Below are positions 46,448 to 56,264 of a DNA stretch of 64,000 bases, piece by piece; within the stretch, counting starts at the first letter, position 1; every line of letters starts with the position of its first letter. The stretch comes from a virus. A program made the position numbers and the translations under genes. The notes below the pieces were generated by a model. It did no database searches, was not told where the DNA came from, and saw only the letters and a program-made list of their open reading frames with translations. The stretch lies in IMG/VR virus record IMGVR_UViG_3300002062_000002; one strand, written 5' to 3'.

Positions 46448-48070
46448 CTATTGTATCTTTACAGGAAACGCTGAAATGCCCAAATTCAAATCTTGGTGTG
46501 CTGTTTCAAGTATCCATATTACCATAATTGACTGTCCACTAATTACACTGCCCTCAATAACCAGTTGCTCTTCCCACAGATCAATGGGATAACGTACACT
46601 AATATCATTGACAATTACATCAAAATGTGTTGGTTTAGGTGCGCCGCTTTCCGCATTTAACGTATATAAGGGTGCAGTCGTTCGGTACACTTTAGCTAGC
46701 CAATCATCTTCCGAGGTGGTCCCAGAGGAAAGATCAATGGCAATTGATGTTGCACTGGCTAAGTATACATTCGCGGCCACTCCATCCCCATATAGCTGAC
46801 TTGAGTCATCCAGGTACCGGATTACCCAGGGTGTAGATAAATCGTCTCTGGGAGGCCCCTGTAGCGTTATACGAAAAACGTCAACGTGCCTATACGGTAC
46901 AAAGTTTTCATTAACGTCGTCGAGTTTAATTGAGGCAGTTAGTGTTTGCTCTACACCATACAGCAATGGATTAAAGCTACTAACAGCCCCCGTGCCATAC
47001 GTTACGTTATCCGTTACCTCAACAATAGTATCTCGCGCTAAGTTGGACATAAAGTATCGTATGGACCACGCCGATCCAGTCCACGTCGGGTACGCGTATA
47101 ATTTTATATTATATTCATGTTTGGCGGGTAACGTGTGTAGGGCATACCGTTTCGTTAACGTATTTGATGACGATTCCGAAAGTTGAGTGGATGTTTCGTT
47201 TGAACCTAATCGGTAGGCCAATACAACCGTCTTATCGTAATCCGGCTTAGAGGCAATATAGTCATCCAATCCATATAAACTAAAACGAGACCCGTCAACG
47301 GGATATTCGACTACCTCACCGTTATTATACACTACACGTCCACGCAAAGCCAATGAATCCACGGTAAGATTAATGGGTGCATTTATTACCTCCCCCCCAT
47401 CTTGTAGCCAAGGACTAAGTAAAAATACATCCGTTACAAAACGTTGATTTACGGTGGCTGTAAGATTTAGATTACTGTGGACTGCAAGTAACTTAGTTCG
47501 GGATACCACACCGCCCTCTTCGTTATATACTACGGCGAGTATCTCCTCACCCTGATCGATGTGAGCTTGGGTGAATGCCATTGCAGGAGTAAAGATTACC
47601 CCCTCCCCCTCAGTGGCTTCGGTGGAGACAAGCTCGACCTGATCCCCAATGAAATTTCCCGCACCGTCATAGGACTGAGATAAAACTTCATTGGCCCCTC
47701 TTAAATATTTAATATACCCCGCATTTCTAGCGTATAGTCGAAGTTTACTGTCGGCCACTAACCGATGGGGTGTAACTGTAGTATCTACGTGTAACAAGTA
47801 AAACCCGGTAGGGTCCACTCCACCGTTGGCCAGTAGGATGTCGGCATTGTCCACTTCATTATTTTCCACTGGAGGTGCCCACTCAACCAGTGTGGATAGT
47901 CCCGTATTAATGTCTAAGTTAGTACACCGCAACGGTTTCCCTTCCCAATTCCAGACGAGGTCATTCACGTTAGGGCATATAGTTCCGGTACCGTTAGGGC
48001 CGGTATAAATGTCGCCTAGCTGCCAAACGTGAAACCCTCTACTTAAAGTAATACTTGGCTGTATAGCCAT
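46448..48070 (-). CDS. Virion structural protein (phiKZ gp26-like)
   Basis: 540-aa beta-rich; CPNVNDLV, KLYAYP.W; synteny with terminase and sheath. Confidence 0.72.
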   Translation of the reverse strand: MAIQPSITLSRGFHVWQLGDIYTGPNGTGTICPNVNDLVWNWEGKPLRCTNLDINTGLSTLVEWAPPVENNEVDNADILLANGGVDPTGFYLLHVDTTVTPHRLVADSKLRLYARNAGYIKYLRGANEVLSQSYDGAGNFIGDQVELVSTEATEGEGVIFTPAMAFTQAHIDQGEEILAVVYNEEGGVVSRTKLLAVHSNLNLTATVNQRFVTDVFLLSPWLQDGGEVINAPINLTVDSLALRGRVVYNNGEVVEYPVDGSRFSLYGLDDYIASKPDYDKTVVLAYRLGSNETSTQLSESSSNTLTKRYALHTLPAKHEYNIKLYAYPTWTGSAWSIRYFMSNLARDTIVEVTDNVTYGTGAVSSFNPLLYGVEQTLTASIKLDDVNENFVPYRHVDVFRITLQGPPRDDLSTPWVIRYLDDSSQLYGDGVAANVYLASATSIAIDLSSGTTSEDDWLAKVYRTTAPLYTLNAESGAPKPTHFDVIVNDISVRYPIDLWEEQLVIEGSVISGQSIMVIWILETAHQDLNLGISAFPVKIQ

Positions 48071-48088
48071 GAGATGGCTCCTTAAATG

Positions 48089-50581
48089 TTATAGTTGTAT
48101 AGATAAAAACCCGGTCATGTCTACCCGACCCTGTAGGTAGGTAATGGATATTCTATCGAGTAATGAATATAGCTTTTGTGAAACTGGAATTTCAATATCT
48201 TGTAAATGGGGACGTATTATAAGTACGCCACTAACATACCCACTACGGTCATCATAATTACAAATATCATATTCCAACAATTCTTTATAATTATCAACGA
48301 TAAGCGCAATGACACTATCCGTTAATCTGCCCTGTGGTAATGTCAACAATCCAGATTGAACATCACTCAAAATACGTGCACATGTAATGCTGTACATTTC
48401 ATATCTATAATTAATTGCGCTAACGACGGTGGGGCGGGGAGATAGATCTAACGCGTGTGTCGTTAAATACCCTTCAATGCGTCTATCGACTTCCATTGCC
48501 TTACTTCGTAGTACACGTTCTACATCACTGGGTACGTTTAACTTTGTTAACCTGGGACGCTTAAAGGAAAGAGAGTACGGCTTGCCGTTAGGTAAGTTTC
48601 CTTGATCGTCCCCACGCGCTTCTTCGTGTAGGAACGTAGTAAGGGGCGATGTGATTGCGCCATCTACCACGGCACGTTGAAGTTTATCTGCCCGTAAACT
48701 AAATGTGTCATCGTACGATATATAACCATGCTCCGTCCAGCCATATAGATCGGGAGTTCCCCACTGCACCACTCCATCTTCTGTTTCCTCTGGAAACCCC
48801 TCAGCCAATACATCTACTACGACAGTGCCATCTTCACCTAAAATATCCTTTTTAGATATCCATATAACTTGTTTGTCGATGCTGTAATCAATGCCCTGTA
48901 CTAACTCGCGGTTATTGACACGTACGACAACATCTTTATACGGCAATTCAATAGTACCATTATCGTCAATTAAAGGCACGGTATAAATACCTCTATCTTC
49001 CGTTATTGTAAATTGGCGATGTAATCCGTTTCCATCCACTCGAATGGCCCAGTAGTTTAATGGGTTTTGATAATCGTGTACCATGGTGTCGCCATCGGTG
49101 GTCCACGTCACCGCATGGGTAATGTCAATCCAATCCTGGGCCGTTTTATTGCGAATATAAAATCGCACTTCCGCTGTTGTTTTGGGTATAGATGCAACGT
49201 TATAATAGTCCATTGCGTTAGGCTGAAGCTTATTTTGATAAAACTCCACCGCGGTAGTTTCGGTGTCTACATCGAACGTTGGATTACCGTTTATGGCATT
49301 TACGGTTATGCCTTCGCCATATTGAACAACACTACCGTCTCGATATACTTCTGGCACGGACACTTGCGGTGAGGGTGAAAAAGTCATATGGGGGGCCAGG
49401 TAATACGCAATGGCATTATAGCCATAGGCGTTATATACATCCAATGTAGCGGATGCGTCGATAATGGGACGACGCATAATACTAACGTACTTTGAATTTT
49501 CTAAATGGGCGAACGACCACTCTTTAATGGTAGGTACCCTAGCGGTTAATATTAATTGTCTAAAGTTATCCGGTAAACGCGCCAGCTCGTGTAGCTTACT
49601 GGACTCAAAAATCAATGGGCGATCGTACCCCGACTTTCTAGCAATTACCGCAATAAAGCAATTCCCTGGGCCTAACTCTAATCGAATGTGGTTAATCTGA
49701 TCTATCGATATGGAGTAGGTGGACTCTGTCAGCATGCGTACATTGTTAGGTTGTAGTCTATGGAACAATAAACCCGTAGCTAAACTGCCGTCGGCGTTTA
49801 AACGACATACTCTAAATTCAATATCGTCATGGTATTGAATTGTATCCATGCTACCAATATCAATGACATATTTTCTACTATTATCTTTACCCGATAACCT
49901 ATAGTTTAAACTGTCCACGTCCACATATGTTGTCGTGTCAATTGAGTCATCTCGCATAATGGTTATGGGCGTACCGATAGTTAGGGTGGAGGGTATAATG
50001 ACATTCACCTCGACTCCCGATTCAAACATTCGAATGGGCACCCCCGCAGCTTTAAGGTTCATGGCTTGTGTGAGTATACCTAATACAGCTTGCATATTTA
50101 ACCCATCGAACGTAACACCTCGCACCCAAACCTCATTGGAGTTCAATGAACGGACACTTGAGAAAAACGCGTTGGTGTAATGCGAGAGATACATATCGCG
50201 TTTACCAGTGTTACCCCGTATAGCCGCCACCACTCGTGCATTTGGGAGGCGAATTAAAAAAACATCATGGGGATGTACCATATATCCCTGTCTATCAAAC
50301 ACCGTCAATAATGTTTTTGTGGCGTTGGTAATTACTTCAAGACTTTGCCATTCATTAAATAGGGCGTCCACTCCCCATTGACTAATTTGATATTGCCCTA
50401 TAAAAAACAAATCGTACGTTTCTTTGGTGGGGGTAGAAAGCTCACTATAAGCAAACTTAATGCGCTGCTGAACCTCTCCTCGTACCCTTCTGAAAAAGGA
50501 GAGTTGAATTATGCCAGGCTGGTCTTGTCCGGGGTTACACCAAACGTTCTCTACGGCGTGCTGCAATAACTGATCTGACAT
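48089..50581 (-). CDS. Virion structural protein (phiKZ gp27-like)
   Basis: 830 aa; NVWCNPGQD, AYGYNA, ELLEYD; synteny. Confidence 0.72.
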   Translation of the reverse strand: MSDQLLQHAVENVWCNPGQDQPGIIQLSFFRRVRGEVQQRIKFAYSELSTPTKETYDLFFIGQYQISQWGVDALFNEWQSLEVITNATKTLLTVFDRQGYMVHPHDVFLIRLPNARVVAAIRGNTGKRDMYLSHYTNAFFSSVRSLNSNEVWVRGVTFDGLNMQAVLGILTQAMNLKAAGVPIRMFESGVEVNVIIPSTLTIGTPITIMRDDSIDTTTYVDVDSLNYRLSGKDNSRKYVIDIGSMDTIQYHDDIEFRVCRLNADGSLATGLLFHRLQPNNVRMLTESTYSISIDQINHIRLELGPGNCFIAVIARKSGYDRPLIFESSKLHELARLPDNFRQLILTARVPTIKEWSFAHLENSKYVSIMRRPIIDASATLDVYNAYGYNAIAYYLAPHMTFSPSPQVSVPEVYRDGSVVQYGEGITVNAINGNPTFDVDTETTAVEFYQNKLQPNAMDYYNVASIPKTTAEVRFYIRNKTAQDWIDITHAVTWTTDGDTMVHDYQNPLNYWAIRVDGNGLHRQFTITEDRGIYTVPLIDDNGTIELPYKDVVVRVNNRELVQGIDYSIDKQVIWISKKDILGEDGTVVVDVLAEGFPEETEDGVVQWGTPDLYGWTEHGYISYDDTFSLRADKLQRAVVDGAITSPLTTFLHEEARGDDQGNLPNGKPYSLSFKRPRLTKLNVPSDVERVLRSKAMEVDRRIEGYLTTHALDLSPRPTVVSAINYRYEMYSITCARILSDVQSGLLTLPQGRLTDSVIALIVDNYKELLEYDICNYDDRSGYVSGVLIIRPHLQDIEIPVSQKLYSLLDRISITYLQGRVDMTGFLSIQL

Positions 50582-50600
50582 ATCAATCTCCTATGTACTA

Positions 50601-51515
50601 CTACTGTTTATGGGTAATTACGGCATGGAAAGTGCGCGCAAACATTTGGGCCTCGTCGCCACGTTTACCCAAACTCTCAATTTTACGCCCTAAGGGAGTT
50701 TTACTTAAACCCCGTTCGGTAGTGGCGGCCGAGACAATACTCATCCACCCCGGAGGATATTCTATTGAACTGGCTACAATTTCAGCAGGGGCAACGGAGC
50801 CACCTCTAAATATAGATGACATAATGCCAAAGAACAACGCATTATCAAACTTTTTCAACCGGGGGTTATCCATGGTGTCCCCGGCTAGAAAATGTGTAAA
50901 TTCACTAACCGAAGAAAATGAAATAGGTTTGGGGAACCACTCCATGATCATAGGAACCGTTATTCGGGTTGCCTTAGCCGTGGCACTTACTCGACGTAGC
51001 CACTCTCGCTCAGTTAACTCCACGTCGGCGGGGTTAAATTGAGAAATAAAAAATAATCCAGCGGCTACCGCCACCTTAGCTTGTACTTCGGGCATTAATG
51101 CTAACCGGTGAGTAATGGATTCTGATATTATTGCTGTAAATACACGCATAGGAAAATCGGATATACTATATAGCGTATCCTTATTCTCATCGCTAAGTCG
51201 CCAATAACTAGCCGACATTGCACGGTTAATTGTCAGTTTATACTCTGAATTTTTAGTAATGATAAAGTTCCCCGTTTCATCGGAGTATTTACCCAGGGCC
51301 CGTACATCGGCGACCATATAATCATCCATTAACACCGGGTGGTGGAAAACCGGACAATCACTTAACTTGCTTAATAGTAGAAGGGTGCGATCGGATGCGT
51401 CACCCAATTCTCGTACGTGTCCAGAGGCTAGAGATATACGCAACTCAGTCAGTATTTTATCTAAGTCGTATGAACGAAACGCGGTGGTTTCATAGGGGGT
51501 TTCTAAGGGATACAT
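50601..51515 (-). CDS. Virion structural protein (phiKZ gp28-like)
   Basis: PYETTA..YD, FHHP, VADVRA, IEYPP.W; divergent from sheath. Confidence 0.7.
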   Translation of the reverse strand: MYPLETPYETTAFRSYDLDKILTELRISLASGHVRELGDASDRTLLLLSKLSDCPVFHHPVLMDDYMVADVRALGKYSDETGNFIITKNSEYKLTINRAMSASYWRLSDENKDTLYSISDFPMRVFTAIISESITHRLALMPEVQAKVAVAAGLFFISQFNPADVELTEREWLRRVSATAKATRITVPMIMEWFPKPISFSSVSEFTHFLAGDTMDNPRLKKFDNALFFGIMSSIFRGGSVAPAEIVASSIEYPPGWMSIVSAATTERGLSKTPLGRKIESLGKRGDEAQMFARTFHAVITHKQ

Positions 51516-51677
51516 TATACTTTTACTCCAGATGGATTGGGTTTAGTCATAAGATGACGACAGGTATTTATTTTTTACTAGGGATCAAGAGCTATACATA
51601 TGACGGTTTGCGGCAGCTAGCGGCTTTCATACCGGGTTTTTATTTCAATTTTTTTGCAAAAAAATGGAGTTACATAA

Positions 51678-53753
51678 ATGAATGTTTTAAGTGGTGCGCC
51701 TGTAGTTAATCTACTAGGCATTGAAGACCGTTCTATACGAACGCCCCTGCCGGAAGGCGAAGCTTTACCCATGCATTTGCCATGGTTATTATTAAATACA
51801 CAGCGTGGACCAGAAGAAACACAATTGGTTGCAGGTGGAGACACTGCCCGTATGTATGGTGCAGAGTCATTTGACGAACAAGGCCCCTATACCAACCATG
51901 CAACAATGATGCATAATGTCATTGCTGGTGCGGGTAACATTACGATGATTCGTCGTTATATCTCAGACGCCCATAAAAAGGCATCTCTTCGTTTAGCTAT
52001 TGAGGTCGTAGACAGCGACATCACCGTGTATCAGCGCGATTCGCAGGGCTTATTTATTCGAAATGCATCTGGTAGTAAAGTACCGGTTATTGAAGGTGGC
52101 GGTCCAATTGGTCCTAACTTAACCGTGCCCGGTAAAAAGGTTCGTTGGGTCATTTTAGATCCATCGTTGGATTTTGGTACGGGCTCAGCAACGGTTGGTG
52201 ATTTAGCAGGCAGCGATACCAGTATTTCAAACGTCTACCCTATATTGGATATTGAAGCCAGTCACTTTGGTAAATATGGTAACAACGTAGGTCTGTCGTT
52301 ATCGTGTCCTTCTACGCTAGGCAATGCGCCAGTAAATGAAGAAGTGGTTTATGACAATCTTGCTCGTTTGTTTCGACTCAAGTTTGTAGAACGTGAAGAT
52401 GCACAATCTGCAGGTCGCGTACAGAAAAGTTTATTTGGCGGACAAGACGTTGAATTTACGTTTAAAAAAGATACCGTCAATAAAAGCACTGGCGTAAATT
52501 TACATATGGATCGCGTTGTTCCTAAGTCATACGCGGATTTAGATTCAAAGGGGTTTGCTCCTATCTATGGTCCAATGGATAACTACCATGTCTATGATGA
52601 TAATCTAGAAACCGTTTTAGAATTATTGGCTACTGATGAATTCACAGTGGAAAATGGGTACACCCCGGACGATGTCGATATTCATCTTATTGACCCCATC
52701 TCGGCCGTAGATGTTACTGGTGCACCGTACCGCAATATTGAAGTAGTTGGTCCTGAAGAAGGTGGCATTTTATTAGGTGATGATATTTTCCACTACGCTA
52801 AAGGCGGTAGTGATGGTGATCAGTCGTTAACGGGCTTTGATACGTGGGTTGGTGAGACCTTTAACGGCTTTGAAAACGATACGGTTGACGCGTTAATGGA
52901 CTCGGCACAATTTCCATTCAGTGTATTTTATGATTCTGGTTTTACAATGGATACAAAGTTAGCTATGCTAACACCCATTGGTTTACGTAAAGACGTATAC
53001 ACCGTTCTATCAACACAAGACGTTACTCAGCCTGCGAATGATAACCTGGCTGAAATGTCAATTGCCATTGCATTGCGTGCGCGTGCGCGTCTGTTTCCAG
53101 AATCTGTACATTATGGCACCGCCACAACTCGTGCACTTATTGTTGGTCACTCGGGTACGTTATTGAATAGTAACTATACCGGACAACTTCCCCTTACCAT
53201 CGACTTTGCAAGTAAGAGTGCACAGTACATGGGTGCGGCTGAAGGCTCTATGAAAGAAGAGTTTTCAATGGACACGTCACCTGTTAATAATGTTACAATG
53301 TTCCGTGACATTAATAACACATACAAAAGTCCACGTGTTCGTCAACGCGATTGGGCCGCTGGCATTATTTGGGTTCAACGTAAAGATCGCAACGATTTCT
53401 TTTATCCACAATATCAAACGGTATACGATAATGATACGTCCATTATTAACTCGGCGTTGAATATGTTTATTGGCGTTGAATTAGAAAAAGTATGTGAGCG
53501 CACTTGGCGTAATCTTACGGGCGACTCAAAGTTATCCGATGCCCAGTTTTTTGAAAAGTCAAATGCGTTAATTGAACGCTATACACGTGGACGTTTTGAT
53601 GGTCGAGTAACTATTGTTGCCGAGACCTTTAAATCTGAAGCAGATAAACTGCGCGGTTATAGCTGGTCGTGTAATTTACATATGTACGGTAACAACATGC
53701 GTACAGTGGGCACTTATACAGTAACCGCTAACCGCGCTGAAGATTTGGTTTAA
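51678..53753 (+). CDS. Tail sheath protein (phiKZ gp29-like)
   Basis: 691 aa; N-terminal GIEDRS, FYDSGFT..TK, FPES..YGT...R, W...TG, RF.GR. Confidence 0.92.
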   Translation: MNVLSGAPVVNLLGIEDRSIRTPLPEGEALPMHLPWLLLNTQRGPEETQLVAGGDTARMYGAESFDEQGPYTNHATMMHNVIAGAGNITMIRRYISDAHKKASLRLAIEVVDSDITVYQRDSQGLFIRNASGSKVPVIEGGGPIGPNLTVPGKKVRWVILDPSLDFGTGSATVGDLAGSDTSISNVYPILDIEASHFGKYGNNVGLSLSCPSTLGNAPVNEEVVYDNLARLFRLKFVEREDAQSAGRVQKSLFGGQDVEFTFKKDTVNKSTGVNLHMDRVVPKSYADLDSKGFAPIYGPMDNYHVYDDNLETVLELLATDEFTVENGYTPDDVDIHLIDPISAVDVTGAPYRNIEVVGPEEGGILLGDDIFHYAKGGSDGDQSLTGFDTWVGETFNGFENDTVDALMDSAQFPFSVFYDSGFTMDTKLAMLTPIGLRKDVYTVLSTQDVTQPANDNLAEMSIAIALRARARLFPESVHYGTATTRALIVGHSGTLLNSNYTGQLPLTIDFASKSAQYMGAAEGSMKEEFSMDTSPVNNVTMFRDINNTYKSPRVRQRDWAAGIIWVQRKDRNDFFYPQYQTVYDNDTSIINSALNMFIGVELEKVCERTWRNLTGDSKLSDAQFFEKSNALIERYTRGRFDGRVTIVAETFKSEADKLRGYSWSCNLHMYGNNMRTVGTYTVTANRAEDLV

Positions 53754-53771
53754 TACGGGAGTTAAATAACC

Positions 53772-54644
53772 ATGGCAAGATTAAAAAATACTCTTGTGCC
53801 AACCACTACGGATTCTAACGCCTTATATGCGGGTGTTAGTGGCGCACAGGCAGATGTACGGTACAGTGGGCAGCACGGTTTTACCACTGACCCTAAATCG
53901 TTATCGGGTAACAGTAACTACGTAAAGCGTAATCTCATTGCGGTGTTATTAGAGTCGCCCTTAGGCTTTAATGACCTACCTAACCCAGAAGCGCTACACG
54001 GTACACTGAAAGCCCTTGTTGAGCGTCACGCTAAGCAAATCACGGGGTTAACGTCAACGTTGTCTGTAGAGTTTGTTGCGCAGCCTGTGGGCGGTGCGGG
54101 TGAAGAGCAAGAAGATCCTTCAAACGTGGTACGCGCACGTTCTACCCCAACCTTTATATGGCCAGAAAAAGAAGGGTCTGTAATTCGTAAGTTTGTGGAT
54201 TACTGGATCTTGAATTTACTAGGTGACCCTGAAACAAAGGTCCCTCGTGTGATTCAACATACCGGCGGTGACGTTGACGATATGTTAATGGATTACCGTG
54301 GCATGACGGTTATATTCTTTGAGCCTGACGTAACACACACCAAAGTTATCTCATCGTGGATGGGTACCGGCATGATGCCTCGTGTAGGTGGAACACATGA
54401 GGGTCAGCGTGACCTTACGGCTGCGGGTGAGGGTGTTGAGCATAGCATTGAATTCACGGGTGTCTTTGACGTGGGTGAAGGCGTTCAACAAACAGCACAA
54501 AAGTTGTTAGACGAAATGAACTTAACTTCAGTTAATGTTAATTTACGTTCAGCTATTGTGGAAGCGGTATCTGCGGATGTTGCCAATGCAGGGGACGGTA
54601 ACGGCGATTTAATTGAAAACTCAGTGAATGATTATATTGCGTAA
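53772..54644 (+). CDS. Tail tube protein (phiKZ gp30-like)
   Basis: 290 aa after sheath; YVKRNLIAVLLE.P, DPETKVP, IFFEPD, MMPR.GG. Confidence 0.9.
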   Translation: MARLKNTLVPTTTDSNALYAGVSGAQADVRYSGQHGFTTDPKSLSGNSNYVKRNLIAVLLESPLGFNDLPNPEALHGTLKALVERHAKQITGLTSTLSVEFVAQPVGGAGEEQEDPSNVVRARSTPTFIWPEKEGSVIRKFVDYWILNLLGDPETKVPRVIQHTGGDVDDMLMDYRGMTVIFFEPDVTHTKVISSWMGTGMMPRVGGTHEGQRDLTAAGEGVEHSIEFTGVFDVGEGVQQTAQKLLDEMNLTSVNVNLRSAIVEAVSADVANAGDGNGDLIENSVNDYIA

Positions 54645-54656
54645 TTACTAATTTAA

Positions 54657-55025
54657 CTATCGGGGGGAAACTCCCGATTTATGCCGACGAGACAAAAAAA
54701 AACTACGTTCAACGGTCATTGCCCACTTATCTTTACCTAACTTACAACTCAAGTTAAACGACTCTAATTCTTTATCACGGCCAAATGAGTCAACGGCGTA
54801 ATCGTGAGTTGCATGAATAAGCGCTTGGTGAGCTTGATTGGCTACCGCCTGAGACTTGGTGAACGTGGCGTAATCAATGTCGTGTGGTTTACCTAATTCA
54901 GTGATGACATCTTGCATGACTTTAGCATCAATTTCATCATTGGTTTTTACACCCGTAGTTTTAAGGTGCTTTGCAATTGACTTTGATGCTTCTAGTACTT
55001 CTTTTGATATTTTTGATTCTGACAT
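54657..55025 (-). CDS. Hypothetical protein, 3' end uncertain
   Basis: SD AAGGA; frame runs through a T9 tract and the convergent terminator. Confidence 0.58.
   Translation of the reverse strand: MSESKISKEVLEASKSIAKHLKTTGVKTNDEIDAKVMQDVITELGKPHDIDYATFTKSQAVANQAHQALIHATHDYAVDSFGRDKELESFNLSCKLGKDKWAMTVERSFFLSRRHKSGVSPR
54659..54686 (+). terminator. Hairpin + TTATGCCG element after tail tube
   Basis: ATCGGGGG-GAAA-CTCCCGAT then TTATGCCG. Confidence 0.68.
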
Positions 55026-55107
55026 GATGGTTCCTTTAATTTTATATTATGGGTTGGTTTTTGGTGGTACGGGTTAATTCGTTAATGGTGTACAAACTTG
55101 TAATTAA

Positions 55108-55443
55108 CTACCCTGCCCGGATAGTTAATTTTTCAAGATTATACGTTTTACTTAGGTCAACGCTACTATACTTATCCCATATTCTACTAAAGAGATAAAA
55201 TAGATCATCGGCAGATTCTAACCCGACTTTAATTGTAATTAAATCCGGATCGGTTGTTCTATCTAAAAAACGTTGGAAGCAAACATCTGCATTGGATAGG
55301 TATTTATCAAATGAACTGATCCAACATAACATTCTATACTCTACACTGCCCGTTGTAGGTTGACTAATGACAGGTTTACGATACCATGACTTAAATTCAT
55401 CAGTATCGTGCAATGTATCAATATCCCTATTGCCATACATCAT
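55108..55443 (-). CDS. Hypothetical protein
   Basis: 111 aa with SD AGGGG. Confidence 0.55.
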   Translation of the reverse strand: MMYGNRDIDTLHDTDEFKSWYRKPVISQPTTGSVEYRMLCWISSFDKYLSNADVCFQRFLDRTTDPDLITIKVGLESADDLFYLFSRIWDKYSSVDLSKTYNLEKLTIRAG

Positions 55444-55453
55444 AGCGTTGCCC

Positions 55454-56080
55454 CTACGCTGTTTGTTGTTGATTTTTTTCTAGGAGGTAATTACCTAGAA
55501 ACGACTCATATAAACTTGACTTAACCATAACTTCGGGATCAAAGAAATTTCCGTGAGTCATGAACTCAAGCATGTCGTCAATGACCATCGACGGATCACG
55601 TGGTTTACTGGTAGGATTGGCAGCCCACACTCTCCCCAAGAGTGTACGTCTATCCTGCTTCAGTGTGGCCAATTCAAGCGTTTGCATAGCCGCCTTACTT
55701 ACTTCTGGGAACACTCCCTCTGTGGCGGTTAGTGCTACCGGCTCAATAACGATATCTTTAAGGTCGTGAAACGTATTAACTATAGAACGCCCCGCGTCCG
55801 GAATGCCGTGTATAAACCCCGCGGTAAACGTCCAATTAAATTGTCTAGATTTAAAAGCGTTTACCAATCCCGCTACTACCATAGAATTCTCTTTTCTTGC
55901 CAATGGATACGTGGCAAGCACTTCATGTACACCCAGTAACGTAGGAGCTGCCATAGGCGTACCCCCCACGATAGCCAATTTTTCAGCGTGCACATTTAGA
56001 CATGCGGTGGTGACATTGCGAATAAGCGATGAAGTTGGATTTGTTATTGTTGGCCTACGGTTTTGAAATATCGTATTCAT
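55454..56080 (-). CDS. Hypothetical protein after an early-type promoter
   Basis: 208 aa; SD GGAG; motif TTTTAGACATATATTACATTGG at ~56189-56210. Confidence 0.62.
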   Translation of the reverse strand: MNTIFQNRRPTITNPTSSLIRNVTTACLNVHAEKLAIVGGTPMAAPTLLGVHEVLATYPLARKENSMVVAGLVNAFKSRQFNWTFTAGFIHGIPDAGRSIVNTFHDLKDIVIEPVALTATEGVFPEVSKAAMQTLELATLKQDRRTLLGRVWAANPTSKPRDPSMVIDDMLEFMTHGNFFDPEVMVKSSLYESFLGNYLLEKNQQQTA

Positions 56081-56233
56081 GCGTGTACTGCTCCATTTGG
56101 TCGTATCATATTCAAGTGGTCAACTTGAACCTTTTAGGGTTTTCTATTATAAATGTACTATGCATGTATTTTTTATACCGCTATAGTACCAATGTAATAT
56201 ATGTCTAAAAATGGTTTATATGGATTACATACT

Positions 56234-56259
56234 CGACATAAGTGACGGGTTTCCCCGTC
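56234..56259 (-). terminator. Hairpin + TTATGTCG element after protease
   Basis: Minus strand GACGGG-GAAA-CCCGTC-AC-TTATGTCG. Confidence 0.68.
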
Positions 56260-56264
56260 CCTTG

